NCBI GenBank assembly: GCA_032249575.1
Contig: JAVVHL010000036.1
Coordinates: forward strand, 1-10,402
Length of the DNA stretch: 10,402 bases
Source: Candidatus Calditenuis sp.
GTDB lineage: Archaea; Thermoproteota; Nitrososphaeria_A; Caldarchaeales; Calditenuaceae
Reading direction: 5' to 3'
Positions 1-7,936 of the stretch are shown piece after piece. Made by a program: the position numbers and the translations under genes. The notes under the pieces were generated by a model. The model was not told the DNA's origin, searched no databases, and worked only from the letters and a program-made list of their open reading frames with translations. Each line of letters begins with the position of its first letter. Positions within the stretch are counted from its first letter, which is position 1.

Positions 1-809
1 AGCCGAAAAATCCCGGAATCGGGCTCGGTGATCCCGAGAGAGGGAGTTGAAAGTGCGCTCTTACGTCGGACAAACTTAGCTCAATCCTCTCAAGCTCGTG
101 ATCCCGAGAGAGGGAGTTGAAAGGACAGGGCGAGTGCGCTAAATGCACAGACTGTTGCGATCAACTGGTGATCCCGAGAGAGGGAGTTGAAAGTAAATCG
201 GCTTACTATTAAACCGATCTCCGGATAATCCTCTCTGTGATCCCGAGAGAGGGAGTTGAAAGTCCGAGAAATCCTCGCTTCATAAACATCCACTCATATA
301 GAAAACGTGATCCCGAGAGAGGGAGTTGAAAGGATCCATGCGCCCGGCGCCCGCCACCGGGCCTGAACCTAGTGATCCCGAGAGAGGGAGTTGAAAGTCA
401 GCTGATATCTCCGCGAATTAATGTCTTCGTTGAGTGATCCCGAGAGAGGGAGTTGAAAGCTACCGTTATCGTAGTCGTTACCGCAGACGAACCAGTCGGA
501 GCCCTGTGTGATCCCGAGAGAGGGAGTTGAAAGGCACTTTCGTAAATGTTCCCATGCCTCTAGCATGGCCCCCGCGCGGGTGATCCCGAGAGAGGGAGTT
601 GAAAGCACCCCTAAAGTAATTCACGTACTCCCCCTTCCAATCGATTAGTGATCCCGAGAGAGGGAGTTGAAAGAGTCCTCGTCACTTCATACACTCCTGG
701 GGGCAGGGCGATCGGTGTGATCCCGAGAGAGGGAGTTGAAAGTCTTCAGCTTCCGCACGTAGTCGATCACCGCCATCTTCTTCGTGATCCCGAGAGAGGG
801 AGTTGAAAG
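1..809 (+). CRISPR. CRISPR array, partial (continues left of window): 12 identical 26-nt repeats GTGATCCCGAGAGAGGGAGTTGAAAG, 11 complete spacers plus a partial spacer at 1-27
   Basis: Exact repeat copies read at 28-53, 98-123, 168-193, 237-262, 307-332, 372-397, 434-459, 508-533, 580-605, 648-673, 717-742 and 784-809. The intervening unique spacers are 44, 44, 43, 44, 39, 36, 48, 46, 42, 43 and 41 nt. The bases flanking the repeats vary, so the repeat is 26 nt. Strand is assigned from the 3' GTTGAAAG end, which resembles the ATTGAAAG 8-nt crRNA 5' tag of archaeal type I/III repeats. The repeat has a small internal TCCC/GGGA stem. Confidence 0.97.
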
Positions 810-908
810 GGAGAGGGACCGGTATGAGAAGGAAAAGAAACGCTATTAACGACCACACCAATCCACAAGGAGGACAGCGAATTCGAGTCCGGTGGTGATG
901 TGAGAAAG

Positions 909-2819
909 ATGTTCAGCGCGCTCAGGGACGAGATATTCAGGTATCTAGCCTCGCTCGGGAACGGGCAGAGGGTGGCCACGAAGCTCGACTTCGAGGGGCC
1001 GAGGATAGCGATATACACCGACAGGCCAGAGATCTTCGCCGACAGGAACAGGATAGCGAGGGAGCTGGTCAACCTGATCAAGAAGAGGGTGATCGTCAGG
1101 CCAGACCCCTCGATCAGGGCTCCCAGGGAGGAGGTGGAGAAGGCAGTTTCGGAGGCCTTTGCCGGCCACCAGTACACCCTGAGGATAGACGAGGAGCTGG
1201 GCGAGGTCGTACTGACGATAAAGACGAGGGACGTGGTGGTCCCGATCGACGAGTCGCTGATCTCGGAGCTCGAGCGCCGACTCAACTGGGTCTTCGTCGT
1301 CAACAGGGAGCCTCCGATGACCTCCACGACGGTCGAGAAGGTCAGGAGGTACATCTACGGTGCAGGGCCGGAGAGGCTGGAGATACTGAGGTCGATCGGC
1401 GAGCGGATCTTCCGCGACAGGATACTGCAGGGGAACGAGGTGAGGATCACCTTCCTCGGCGGCGGGATGCAGGTGGGCAGGTCGTGCATACTCGTGGAGA
1501 CGAAGGAGAGCAAGGTCCTTCTCGATGCGGGGATCAACGCAGGCGCCTCGAAGATATCCGAGGCGTTCCCGAGGTTCGACGTTAGGCCAGAGCTGATCGA
1601 GGAGCTGGACGCGGTGGTGATAACGCACTCCCACATGGACCATCACGGCGCCCTTCCCCTCCTCTTCAAGTACGGTTACAGGGGTCCAGTCTACATGACG
1701 GAGCCGACGTTGCCCCTGATGATCATGGAGCATTTGGATTACCTGAACCTGATGGGGAAGGAGGGTGAGCTGGCGCCCTATTCCGAGAACGACGTCAGGG
1801 TGATGGCCCAGTACGTCACCACCCTCAGGTACGGCGTCGTCACCAACATCACGCCCGACATACGGCTCACCTTCTACAACGCAGGGCACATAATAGGATC
1901 TGCGATAGCACACCTCCACTTCGACGAGGGCTTCTACAACCTCGTCTACACCGGCGACTTCAAGTACGAGGAGACAGAGATGCTGGGGCCTGCGGTCACG
2001 AAGTTCCCGAGGATGGAGGCGCTGATCACGGAGAGCACGTACGGAGCCACACCGGTTCCCTACACGAGGGAGGAGGCTGTCAAGCTCCTAGCTGAGCACA
2101 TCTCCAGAACTGTAGAGAACGGCGGTCAGGTCCTGATGCCGGTGCCCGCTGTGGGGAGGGCGCAGGAGGTGATGCTGGTCCTCCGGAGGCTCTTCGAGGA
2201 GAAGAGGTTGAAGGAGGTTCCGGTCTTCGCGGACGGCCTTCTGATCGAGTCCACCGCCATACACATGATGTTCCCAGAGTACATGTCTCCAAGGCTCCAG
2301 AAGGAGATGGCCGAAGTTGGGAACGTCTTCCTCTCGGATTACTTCACGCTGGTCAGGAGTCCCCAGCAGAGGGCCGAGGTCCTCGAGTCGAGGGAGCCTG
2401 CTGTGATCCTCGCAACTTCGGGCATGATGGAGGGAGGGCCTGTCCTCGCTTACTTCAGGAAGCTCTGCGGCGACGAGAGGAACCTGCTGCTCTTCGTCAG
2501 CTACCAGGTAGAGGGCACCCTAGGCCGGAAGATCCTGAAGGGGATGAGGGAGGTCCAGATAATGAACGAGGAGGGGAAGTACGAGCCGCTGACGGTCAGG
2601 ATGCAGGTCGAGAAGATCGACGGTTTCTCCGGTCACTCGAGCAGGCAGCAGCTGATAGCTTACATGAAGCGGGTGAGCCCTAAGCCGAGGAACCTGATCT
2701 TCGTCCACGGAGAGCCCGAGGCCATAAGCTCGATCGCGTCAGTTGCGAGGAAGGTCGTGCCAGGCGCTTCGATCTACATGCCGAAGAACCTCGACTCGGT
2801 GAACCTGACAGGCGATTGA
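909..2819 (+). CDS. aCPSF1 (FttA-type) beta-CASP ribonuclease: N-terminal KH domains plus metallo-beta-lactamase/beta-CASP domains
   Basis: 639-aa ORF. The N-terminus (LDFEGPRIAIYTDRPE...KKRVIVRPDPSIR) looks like the aCPSF1 KH region. The HxHxDH motif is present as ITHSHMDHHGALP, followed by GHIIGSA and a C-terminal FVHGEP. Length is typical of the family. ATG at 909 is preferred because GGTGGTGAT at 891-899 lies 9 nt upstream of it; an in-frame GTG at 900 is the alternative start. Confidence 0.93.
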   Translation: MFSALRDEIFRYLASLGNGQRVATKLDFEGPRIAIYTDRPEIFADRNRIARELVNLIKKRVIVRPDPSIRAPREEVEKAVSEAFAGHQYTLRIDEELGEVVLTIKTRDVVVPIDESLISELERRLNWVFVVNREPPMTSTTVEKVRRYIYGAGPERLEILRSIGERIFRDRILQGNEVRITFLGGGMQVGRSCILVETKESKVLLDAGINAGASKISEAFPRFDVRPELIEELDAVVITHSHMDHHGALPLLFKYGYRGPVYMTEPTLPLMIMEHLDYLNLMGKEGELAPYSENDVRVMAQYVTTLRYGVVTNITPDIRLTFYNAGHIIGSAIAHLHFDEGFYNLVYTGDFKYEETEMLGPAVTKFPRMEALITESTYGATPVPYTREEAVKLLAEHISRTVENGGQVLMPVPAVGRAQEVMLVLRRLFEEKRLKEVPVFADGLLIESTAIHMMFPEYMSPRLQKEMAEVGNVFLSDYFTLVRSPQQRAEVLESREPAVILATSGMMEGGPVLAYFRKLCGDERNLLLFVSYQVEGTLGRKILKGMREVQIMNEEGKYEPLTVRMQVEKIDGFSGHSSRQQLIAYMKRVSPKPRNLIFVHGEPEAISSIASVARKVVPGASIYMPKNLDSVNLTGD

Positions 2820-2826
2820 GGAGGCT

Positions 2827-4128
2827 TCACACGAACTCGTCGAGCTGGGTGTGGGAACCGTTGCCCTTCCGCGCCCTGGCCCGCTTCGTCCTCAGGGACT
2901 CCGGCAGCACAAGCCTTCCGTAGACGCCGTCGTACCCCGGAATCACCTGGAGCTCCCCCCTCCTCACCATACCGATCAGCCTAGCCAGCGCCGCTCCCCC
3001 CACCTCGGCCACCTTCTCTAAAGGCGCGTTGAGCAGGACCTCAACCTCCGTCCCGAAGACTCCCACCAGCTTGAGGTACTCGTCCCAGATCCTTCGGCCC
3101 ATCAGGTTCGCGGAGGCCGGGTCCTCGCCGAGGGTGAGGGCTATCAGCTCCTGAAGGGGTATGGCGTAGACGAAGTCGACCGCTCCCTCGGGCCTGTAAC
3201 CAGGAGGCCTGTCCGCCAGCTCCTCGACCCTGTCCTCGACGCCCTTGGTCAACCTCCTCCCGCACTTGGGGCACCTGTAGTTCAGCTCCTTAGCCTTAGC
3301 AGGCGGCAGCGGACCCACACCGCACTTCCTGTGACCGGACCAGTGGTACTTGCCGTAGCTGGGAGGGACCTCGACCGTCATCAAAACCCTCGACCTCCCT
3401 GGAGACCTCGTGAGCGCTCCGTACAACTCCTCGTAGCTGAGCTCTTCCAACTCGAAGACCACCATCTCCCTCCCGAGGCGATAGGGGTAGGGGCTGTGGG
3501 CGTCCGAGGAGCTCAGGAGGAGGAACCTGTCGAGCCGGCTGACCCTCCAGTTCATCGGAGGATCGCTGCTTAACCCCGTCTCGATGGCGAATATCCTGTC
3601 CGATTTGTCGGCGTAACAGTCCTCTATCCTGTCGACCCCTCCTATCGCGCCGAAGACGGACCACCAAGGCGTCCAGGCGTGGGCCGGGAAGACGTAGGCC
3701 CTCCTGTCTGTCTCGAGGACCAGCTCCACGAGCTCGGCCGGATGGACGTTCAGCACCGGCCTTCCGTCGGACGCGAGGTCGCCGAACCTCCCCAGCACAT
3801 CCGTCAGCTGCTCCGCCACCTCGAGCGAGCTCATCAGGATCACGTGGTGGATCCTCCGAGCCTTCCCCTCATGCTCGTGCACCGTCGCCACCTCCGTCTG
3901 CGCCACGAACCTTACCCTCCCACCTCGCCTGTACCTGTAGATCCCGGGAGGCCCCTCCTCGAGGTTCTCCTTCAGCTCCCTGAGCCAGAGGGGATGGAGG
4001 GCGTCGCCGGTGCCGAGGAGGTTAATGCCCTTCAGGTCGGCGTAGTACGTCAACTCATCGAGGTTCATGTTGCTGGATGTGGCTCCTGAATACCGCGAGT
4101 GGATCTGGAGGTCGGCGTAGACCCGCAA
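2827..4128 (-). CDS. PHP-family phosphoesterase with Zn ribbon (COG1379), endonuclease Q-like DNA repair nuclease
   Basis: 433-aa ORF. It has the PHP start motif DLQIHSRYS, then GTGDALHP, PAHAWTPW, SSSDAHSPYPYRLGRE, GKYHWSGHRKCG and CPKCGRRLTKGVEDRVEELA, which match from memory the conserved blocks of EndoQ. The TTG start at 4128 is preceded by GGAGGTGA with a 6-nt spacer. Confidence 0.75.
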   Translation of the reverse strand: MRVYADLQIHSRYSGATSSNMNLDELTYYADLKGINLLGTGDALHPLWLRELKENLEEGPPGIYRYRRGGRVRFVAQTEVATVHEHEGKARRIHHVILMSSLEVAEQLTDVLGRFGDLASDGRPVLNVHPAELVELVLETDRRAYVFPAHAWTPWWSVFGAIGGVDRIEDCYADKSDRIFAIETGLSSDPPMNWRVSRLDRFLLLSSSDAHSPYPYRLGREMVVFELEELSYEELYGALTRSPGRSRVLMTVEVPPSYGKYHWSGHRKCGVGPLPPAKAKELNYRCPKCGRRLTKGVEDRVEELADRPPGYRPEGAVDFVYAIPLQELIALTLGEDPASANLMGRRIWDEYLKLVGVFGTEVEVLLNAPLEKVAEVGGAALARLIGMVRRGELQVIPGYDGVYGRLVLPESLRTKRARARKGNGSHTQLDEFV

Positions 4129-4177
4129 CCCCGTTCACCTCCGGCCCTCTCAGAATAAGTCTTTCAGGAGGAGCTGG

Positions 4178-5623
4178 ATGGTGCGGGTAGGTGGACGTCG
4201 TATTGTGCTCCGACTCTACAACTCCCTGACGCGAAGGGTCGAGGAGTTCAGGCCGCTCCGTTCCAATCGTGTGAAAATGTACGTTTGCGGTCCCACCGTC
4301 TACGACTACTCCCACGTCGGCCACGCCAGGACCTACATCTCCTACGACTTCCTGGCCCGGATGCTGAGGTTGCAGGGCTACTCGCTCTTCTACCTGATGA
4401 ACATCACAGACGTCGACGACAAGATCATCCAGAGGGCAGCGGAGAGGGGGATAGACCCGCTGGAGCACGCGAGGGAGTTCGAGCGCTACTTCATGGAGGA
4501 CCTGAGGGACCTGAAGATAAACAGCGTCAACCTCTTCGCCAGAGCTTCCGAGCACATCGACGAGATCATCGCAGTGATCGAGGAGCTTCTGAGGAAGGGC
4601 TTCGCTTACGTCACCGAGACAGGAGTTTACTTCGACACCTCGGCTTTCGGGCCGTACGGAGAGCTCTCGGGGAGGGAGCCTGAGGAGCTGAGCGTCCACA
4701 GGATAGAGCCGGACCCTACGAAGAAGAGGCCGCAGGACTTCGCGCTCTGGAAGCGGAGACCCAAAGATGAGCTGGGCTGGGATTCTCCATGGGGTTACGG
4801 GAGGCCCGGCTGGCACATCGAGGACACGGCGATCATCCTGACCTACTTCGGACCCCAGCTCGACATACACGGAGGGGCTATAGAGCTGATCTTCCCGCAC
4901 CACGAGGCTGAGCGCGCCCAGGCCGAGGCCTACTCGGGCGTCTCGCCCTTCAGCAGGTTCTGGGTCCACACCGGTCTCCTCACGGTCGGAGGCGAGAAGA
5001 TGTCCAAGTCGCTCGGAAACATCGTCACGATCCGCGAGGTCTTGCGCCGTTTCAGAGCGGAGGACCTCAGGTACTTCTACGCGACCTCCCACTACAGGAG
5101 TCCTGTAGAGTTCGATTGGGAGAAGCTTGAGGCTGCATCGAGGGCCCTCGAGGGCGTGCTGAGCGTCTTCGAGGAGTTGCGCCGAAGGGACGTGTCGGAC
5201 GGAGAGTCGGAGGAGGACAAGAAGGTCGTGGAGCAGCTGAGGTCACAACGCGACTCCTTCCTCCGGTCGCTCGAGGACGACCTGAACACTCCAGAGGCGC
5301 TGGCGTCGCTTCACGCAGCAACGAGAACCCTCTCGAGGTACCTCGAGTCGAGGGGCGAGGTCTCCCGAACGGTCGTGGTCGAGGCGGAGAGCTTCAGGTC
5401 GCTGGTCGACGGCGTGCTCGGGATCTTCCCGGAGGACCTCGGTCAAAGCGCCAGGCTCCTCGAGGGTGTTCTGGACCTGCTGCTGGAAGTCAGGGAGCTC
5501 CTCAGACGCGAGAGGAGGTACGATTTGGCCGACACCATCAGGTCCGGTCTCGCGTCGCTCGGCATCTCCGTTGAGGACACATCGAGGGGCCCCAGATGGC
5601 GCCTGAAGGCTTCCAGAGGATAA
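4178..5623 (+). CDS. cysS: Cysteine--tRNA ligase (class I aaRS)
   Basis: 481 aa. N-terminus reads LYNSLTR...MYVCGPTVYDYSHVGHARTY (HIGH-type motif HVGH). It also has WDSPWGYGRPGWHIE and the KMSKS motif in GEKMSKSLGN. The ATG at 4178 has AGGAGG 6 nt upstream. Confidence 0.95.
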   Translation: MVRVGGRRIVLRLYNSLTRRVEEFRPLRSNRVKMYVCGPTVYDYSHVGHARTYISYDFLARMLRLQGYSLFYLMNITDVDDKIIQRAAERGIDPLEHAREFERYFMEDLRDLKINSVNLFARASEHIDEIIAVIEELLRKGFAYVTETGVYFDTSAFGPYGELSGREPEELSVHRIEPDPTKKRPQDFALWKRRPKDELGWDSPWGYGRPGWHIEDTAIILTYFGPQLDIHGGAIELIFPHHEAERAQAEAYSGVSPFSRFWVHTGLLTVGGEKMSKSLGNIVTIREVLRRFRAEDLRYFYATSHYRSPVEFDWEKLEAASRALEGVLSVFEELRRRDVSDGESEEDKKVVEQLRSQRDSFLRSLEDDLNTPEALASLHAATRTLSRYLESRGEVSRTVVVEAESFRSLVDGVLGIFPEDLGQSARLLEGVLDLLLEVRELLRRERRYDLADTIRSGLASLGISVEDTSRGPRWRLKASRG

Positions 5624-5664
5624 TCCACGTTATACCGAAATAGCTCAAGGCGTGGACGCAGCGG

Positions 5665-5692
5665 AAGATTTATCTCAAGGTAAAATTTATTT
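5665..5692 (+). promoter_or_regulatory. Candidate BRE/TATA region for tfb (GATTTATC and TAAAATTTATTT)
   Basis: This is the only strongly A/T-rich stretch in the 107-nt cysS-tfb spacer. It lies about 50 nt upstream of the ATG at 5740, leaving room for a short leader that contains GGTGG at 5730-5734. The call rests on position and composition only. Confidence 0.35.
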
Positions 5693-5739
5693 GTGGTTGA
5701 TGGGGTTCCGCATAACCCTGTCGGGGGTAGGTGGGAAAA

Positions 5740-6684
5740 ATGAGCAGTCCGGTTAAGGCCTGGAGAGAGGACCTCATGTGTCCAGAGTGTGGGAGCACCA
5801 AGCTCGTGACCGATCCGGTCACGGGAGAGGTCACGTGCCAGGAGTGCGGCGCGGTCGTCATCGAGCGCGGCGTCAACAGGGGTCCCGAGTGGAGGAACGT
5901 GGAGGAGGGTGAGGGGAGCAAGGCTAGGGCCGGAGCACCTCTCTCCATCATGTACAAGGACTTCGGCCTCTCGACGGTGATCGACCAGACAAGCGAGGAC
6001 GCGGGAGGGAGGAAGCTGCCGAAGGAGGCGAAGGAGAAGATGCTGAGGCTGAAGAAGCTCGACCAGACCTCTCAGGTCAACGCCTCCGAGACGAGGAACC
6101 TCCAGCAGGCGGCGAACATCCTCGGGATCTACATGGACAAGCTGAACCTCCCCCAGTCGGTCGCGGAGCAGGCGATGCTGATCTACAGGAAGGCGCTGAA
6201 GGCAGGGCTACTCAAGGGAAGGGCGATAAAAGTCATTGTGGCAGGAGCCGTCTATGCGGCCTGTAGGCTCAGCGGCGTCCCGAGGGACCTCAGGGAGTTC
6301 GAGAAGGCCTACCCGCTGGTGAAGAGGAAGACGATAGCGCAGGGCTATAGGCTGATGCTCAAGCACCTAGACCTGAAGGTTCCGGTTACCGATCCGACGA
6401 TCTACATCTCGAAGATAGCGTCGAAGGTCAACGTCGACGAGCGCACCGTCCAGGAGGCGATAAGGCTGCTGAAGGAAGCCGCTAAGAGGGGGGCGACCGT
6501 CGGGAAGGACCCGGTCGGGATAGCTGCAGCGGCGCTCTACATGGCCTGCCAGGAGACGATGCAGAACGTCACCCAGAAGGACATAGCGAGAGCGGCCGGT
6601 GTGACAGAGGTCACCGTTAGGAACAGGTTCAAGGGGCTGAAGGAGGTCCTCGAGGGAAAGCAGTCCGCAGAGGTCTCAGGCTGA
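5740..6684 (+). CDS. tfb: Transcription initiation factor IIB (TFB)
   Basis: N-terminal Zn ribbon CPECGSTKLVTDPVTGEVTCQECGAVV, followed by a B-reader/linker and two cyclin-like repeats (IYRKALKAGLLKGR...; AAALYMACQ...QKDIARAAGVTEVTVRNR). ATG 5740 is preferred because GGTGG lies 5 nt upstream; the in-frame GTG at 5731 is the alternative. Confidence 0.95.
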   Translation: MSSPVKAWREDLMCPECGSTKLVTDPVTGEVTCQECGAVVIERGVNRGPEWRNVEEGEGSKARAGAPLSIMYKDFGLSTVIDQTSEDAGGRKLPKEAKEKMLRLKKLDQTSQVNASETRNLQQAANILGIYMDKLNLPQSVAEQAMLIYRKALKAGLLKGRAIKVIVAGAVYAACRLSGVPRDLREFEKAYPLVKRKTIAQGYRLMLKHLDLKVPVTDPTIYISKIASKVNVDERTVQEAIRLLKEAAKRGATVGKDPVGIAAAALYMACQETMQNVTQKDIARAAGVTEVTVRNRFKGLKEVLEGKQSAEVSG

Positions 6685-6759
6685 TCCTTTATCGCCCTCA
6701 ACAACATACTTCCTTTGTTTCGCTTTCCGTCGACCAGCCTGAAGTCCACTTCGGCGCCG

Positions 6760-7071
6760 TCAGATGACCTCTATGTTCTCCGGCATTATACCCAGCTCCT
6801 CGGCGAGGATCCTCACTACCTTCTCCCTCTGGTCGCCCTGCAGCATGATGACGCCGTTCTTGACAGCTCCTCCGCAGGCGCACTTCGCCTTCAGCTTCGA
6901 CGTCAGGTCCTCGAGGTCTATCCCCGAGTCGGCAAGCCCCTCGATCACGGTGGTGACCTTGTTCCACTTCTTCGTCTCGAGCTTCACCTTCACCTTCTGC
7001 GTCTCATATGCGATCGTTTGGCAGACGCAGAGGCTCCGCGGCAGGCCGCACGTGGGACACGAATCGACCAT
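6760..7071 (-). CDS. Translation initiation factor aSUI1/eIF1
   Basis: MVDSCPTCGLPRSLCVCQ...KVTTVIEGL...KLKAKCACGGAVKNGVIMLQGDQREKV matches the archaeal SUI1 pattern (M-x-x-x-CPxCGLPxxLCVC). The start is ambiguous. ATG 7071 gives 103 aa and ATG 7086 gives 108 aa. The 153-aa ORF reaching 7221 would overlap the divergent gene and has no homology-like content. Confidence 0.85.
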   Translation of the reverse strand: MVDSCPTCGLPRSLCVCQTIAYETQKVKVKLETKKWNKVTTVIEGLADSGIDLEDLTSKLKAKCACGGAVKNGVIMLQGDQREKVVRILAEELGIMPENIEVI

Positions 7072-7098
7072 TATTCGGCAGATCATCCCCTCCCTCAG

Positions 7099-7104
7099 AT
7101 TTAA
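7099..7104 (-). promoter_or_regulatory. Candidate TATA box (TTAAAT on minus strand) for aSUI1
   Basis: An isolated A/T hexamer in a GC-rich spacer, centred about 30 nt upstream of ATG 7071. That spacing would give a near-leaderless mRNA. Confidence 0.25.
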
Positions 7105-7153
7105 GTGTTCAGGGGGAAAGGACGGTTGGGTCGGGAATCGGAGGTAGGATCCT

Positions 7154-7936
7154 TTGGAGGGTGAACGTGCACGGGTCGAGGCGGAAAGGGGCGCTGGCAA
7201 GGTAGCTGTGATCATACCCACCTACAACGAGGCCGAGAACGTAGTCAGGGTCCTGAGGCAGGTGAGGGAGGTGATGGCGAGGGAGGGCCTGGAGGGGACT
7301 GTCACGGTCGTCGACGACAGCAGCCCTGACGGGACCGCTGAGCTGGTGAGGCGGCTGAGCTCGGAGGACGGATGTATACGGCTGATCGTGAGGCCGATGA
7401 AGTCCGGGCTCGGCAGCGCCTACCTCGACGGTTTCAGGGACGCCCTCGCATCGATACCCGACCTTGACGTCTTGGTGGAGATGGACGCCGACGGAAGCCA
7501 CGACCCCTCAGATCTGCCGAGGTTGGTGATGCCTGTGCTCAGGGGGGAGGCCGATGTGGTCCTCGGTTCGAGGTACGTCGAGGGCGGAGGATGGGAGGGA
7601 GGTCAAAGGCTGAGGGAGTTCATCAGCAGGGGCGCGAACTCGCTCGCACGGATCTGCACCGGAGTCCCCGTCAGGGACGCCACCACAGGTTACAGGGCTG
7701 TATCGTCCTCACTGATGCGCAGAGTCCTCTCGAGCATACCGCCATCGACGAAGGGATACGTCTTCCAGGTGGAGAGCCTCGCGGCGTATTTCAGGGCCGG
7801 TGCTAGGATAATCGAGGTCCCGATAAGGTTCAGGCCGAGGGCCTCAGGCAAGAGCAAGCTCGGCTTCGGGGACGTGATAGCTTTCGCCCTCTGGAACCTG
7901 AAGTACCTCGTGAAGAGGACGCTCGGGATCACATGA
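7154..7936 (+). CDS. Dolichol/polyprenol-phosphate mannosyltransferase, DPM1-type GT2 enzyme without a C-terminal TM domain
   Basis: VIIPTYNEAENV, VVDDSSPDGT, GLGSAY, EMDADGSHDP, VLGSRY, ISRGANSLAR, TKGYVFQVE and SGKSKLGFGDVIAF track the eukaryotic DPM1 sequence block by block. The TTG start at 7154 has GGAGGT at 7140-7145, 8 nt upstream. GTG 7208 is the alternative start. Confidence 0.88.
   Translation: MEGERARVEAERGAGKVAVIIPTYNEAENVVRVLRQVREVMAREGLEGTVTVVDDSSPDGTAELVRRLSSEDGCIRLIVRPMKSGLGSAYLDGFRDALASIPDLDVLVEMDADGSHDPSDLPRLVMPVLRGEADVVLGSRYVEGGGWEGGQRLREFISRGANSLARICTGVPVRDATTGYRAVSSSLMRRVLSSIPPSTKGYVFQVESLAAYFRAGARIIEVPIRFRPRASGKSKLGFGDVIAFALWNLKYLVKRTLGIT

Noticed and set aside
90-608. 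Minus-strand ORFs 90-293 and 369-608 with recurring peptides FNSLSRDH and FQLPLSGS
   Set aside because: These are translations of the CRISPR repeats, and the repeated peptides are simply the repeat read in different frames.
895-920. GTGATGTGAGAAAGATG... resembles the first bases of the CRISPR repeat (GTGAT...GAGA.AG), suggesting a degenerate 13th repeat
   Set aside because: Only the first 5 nt and a few scattered positions match. It lies 111 nt from the previous repeat start, against a 62-74 nt period, and it overlaps the SD and start of aCPSF1. This is coincidental similarity.
945-1919. 324-aa minus-strand ORF antisense to aCPSF1. The ORFs at 767-1354 (-) and 1355-1636 (-) are similar.
   Set aside because: It lies entirely opposite a strongly supported gene. 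The translation is Arg/Pro/Gly/Val-rich low-complexity sequence with no recognisable motifs. Long antisense ORFs are expected at about 60% GC.
4055-5092. 345-aa minus-strand ORF antisense to cysS, which also overlaps the EndoQ-like start
   Set aside because: The reasoning is the same. cysS has unambiguous HIGH and KMSKS motifs on the plus strand, and the antisense product has no family resemblance.
7087-7221. N-terminal extension making aSUI1 153 aa
   Set aside because: The extension overlaps the divergent DPM1-type gene and its SD. It has no counterpart in SUI1 proteins, which are about 100 aa, and it is Pro/Ser-rich.
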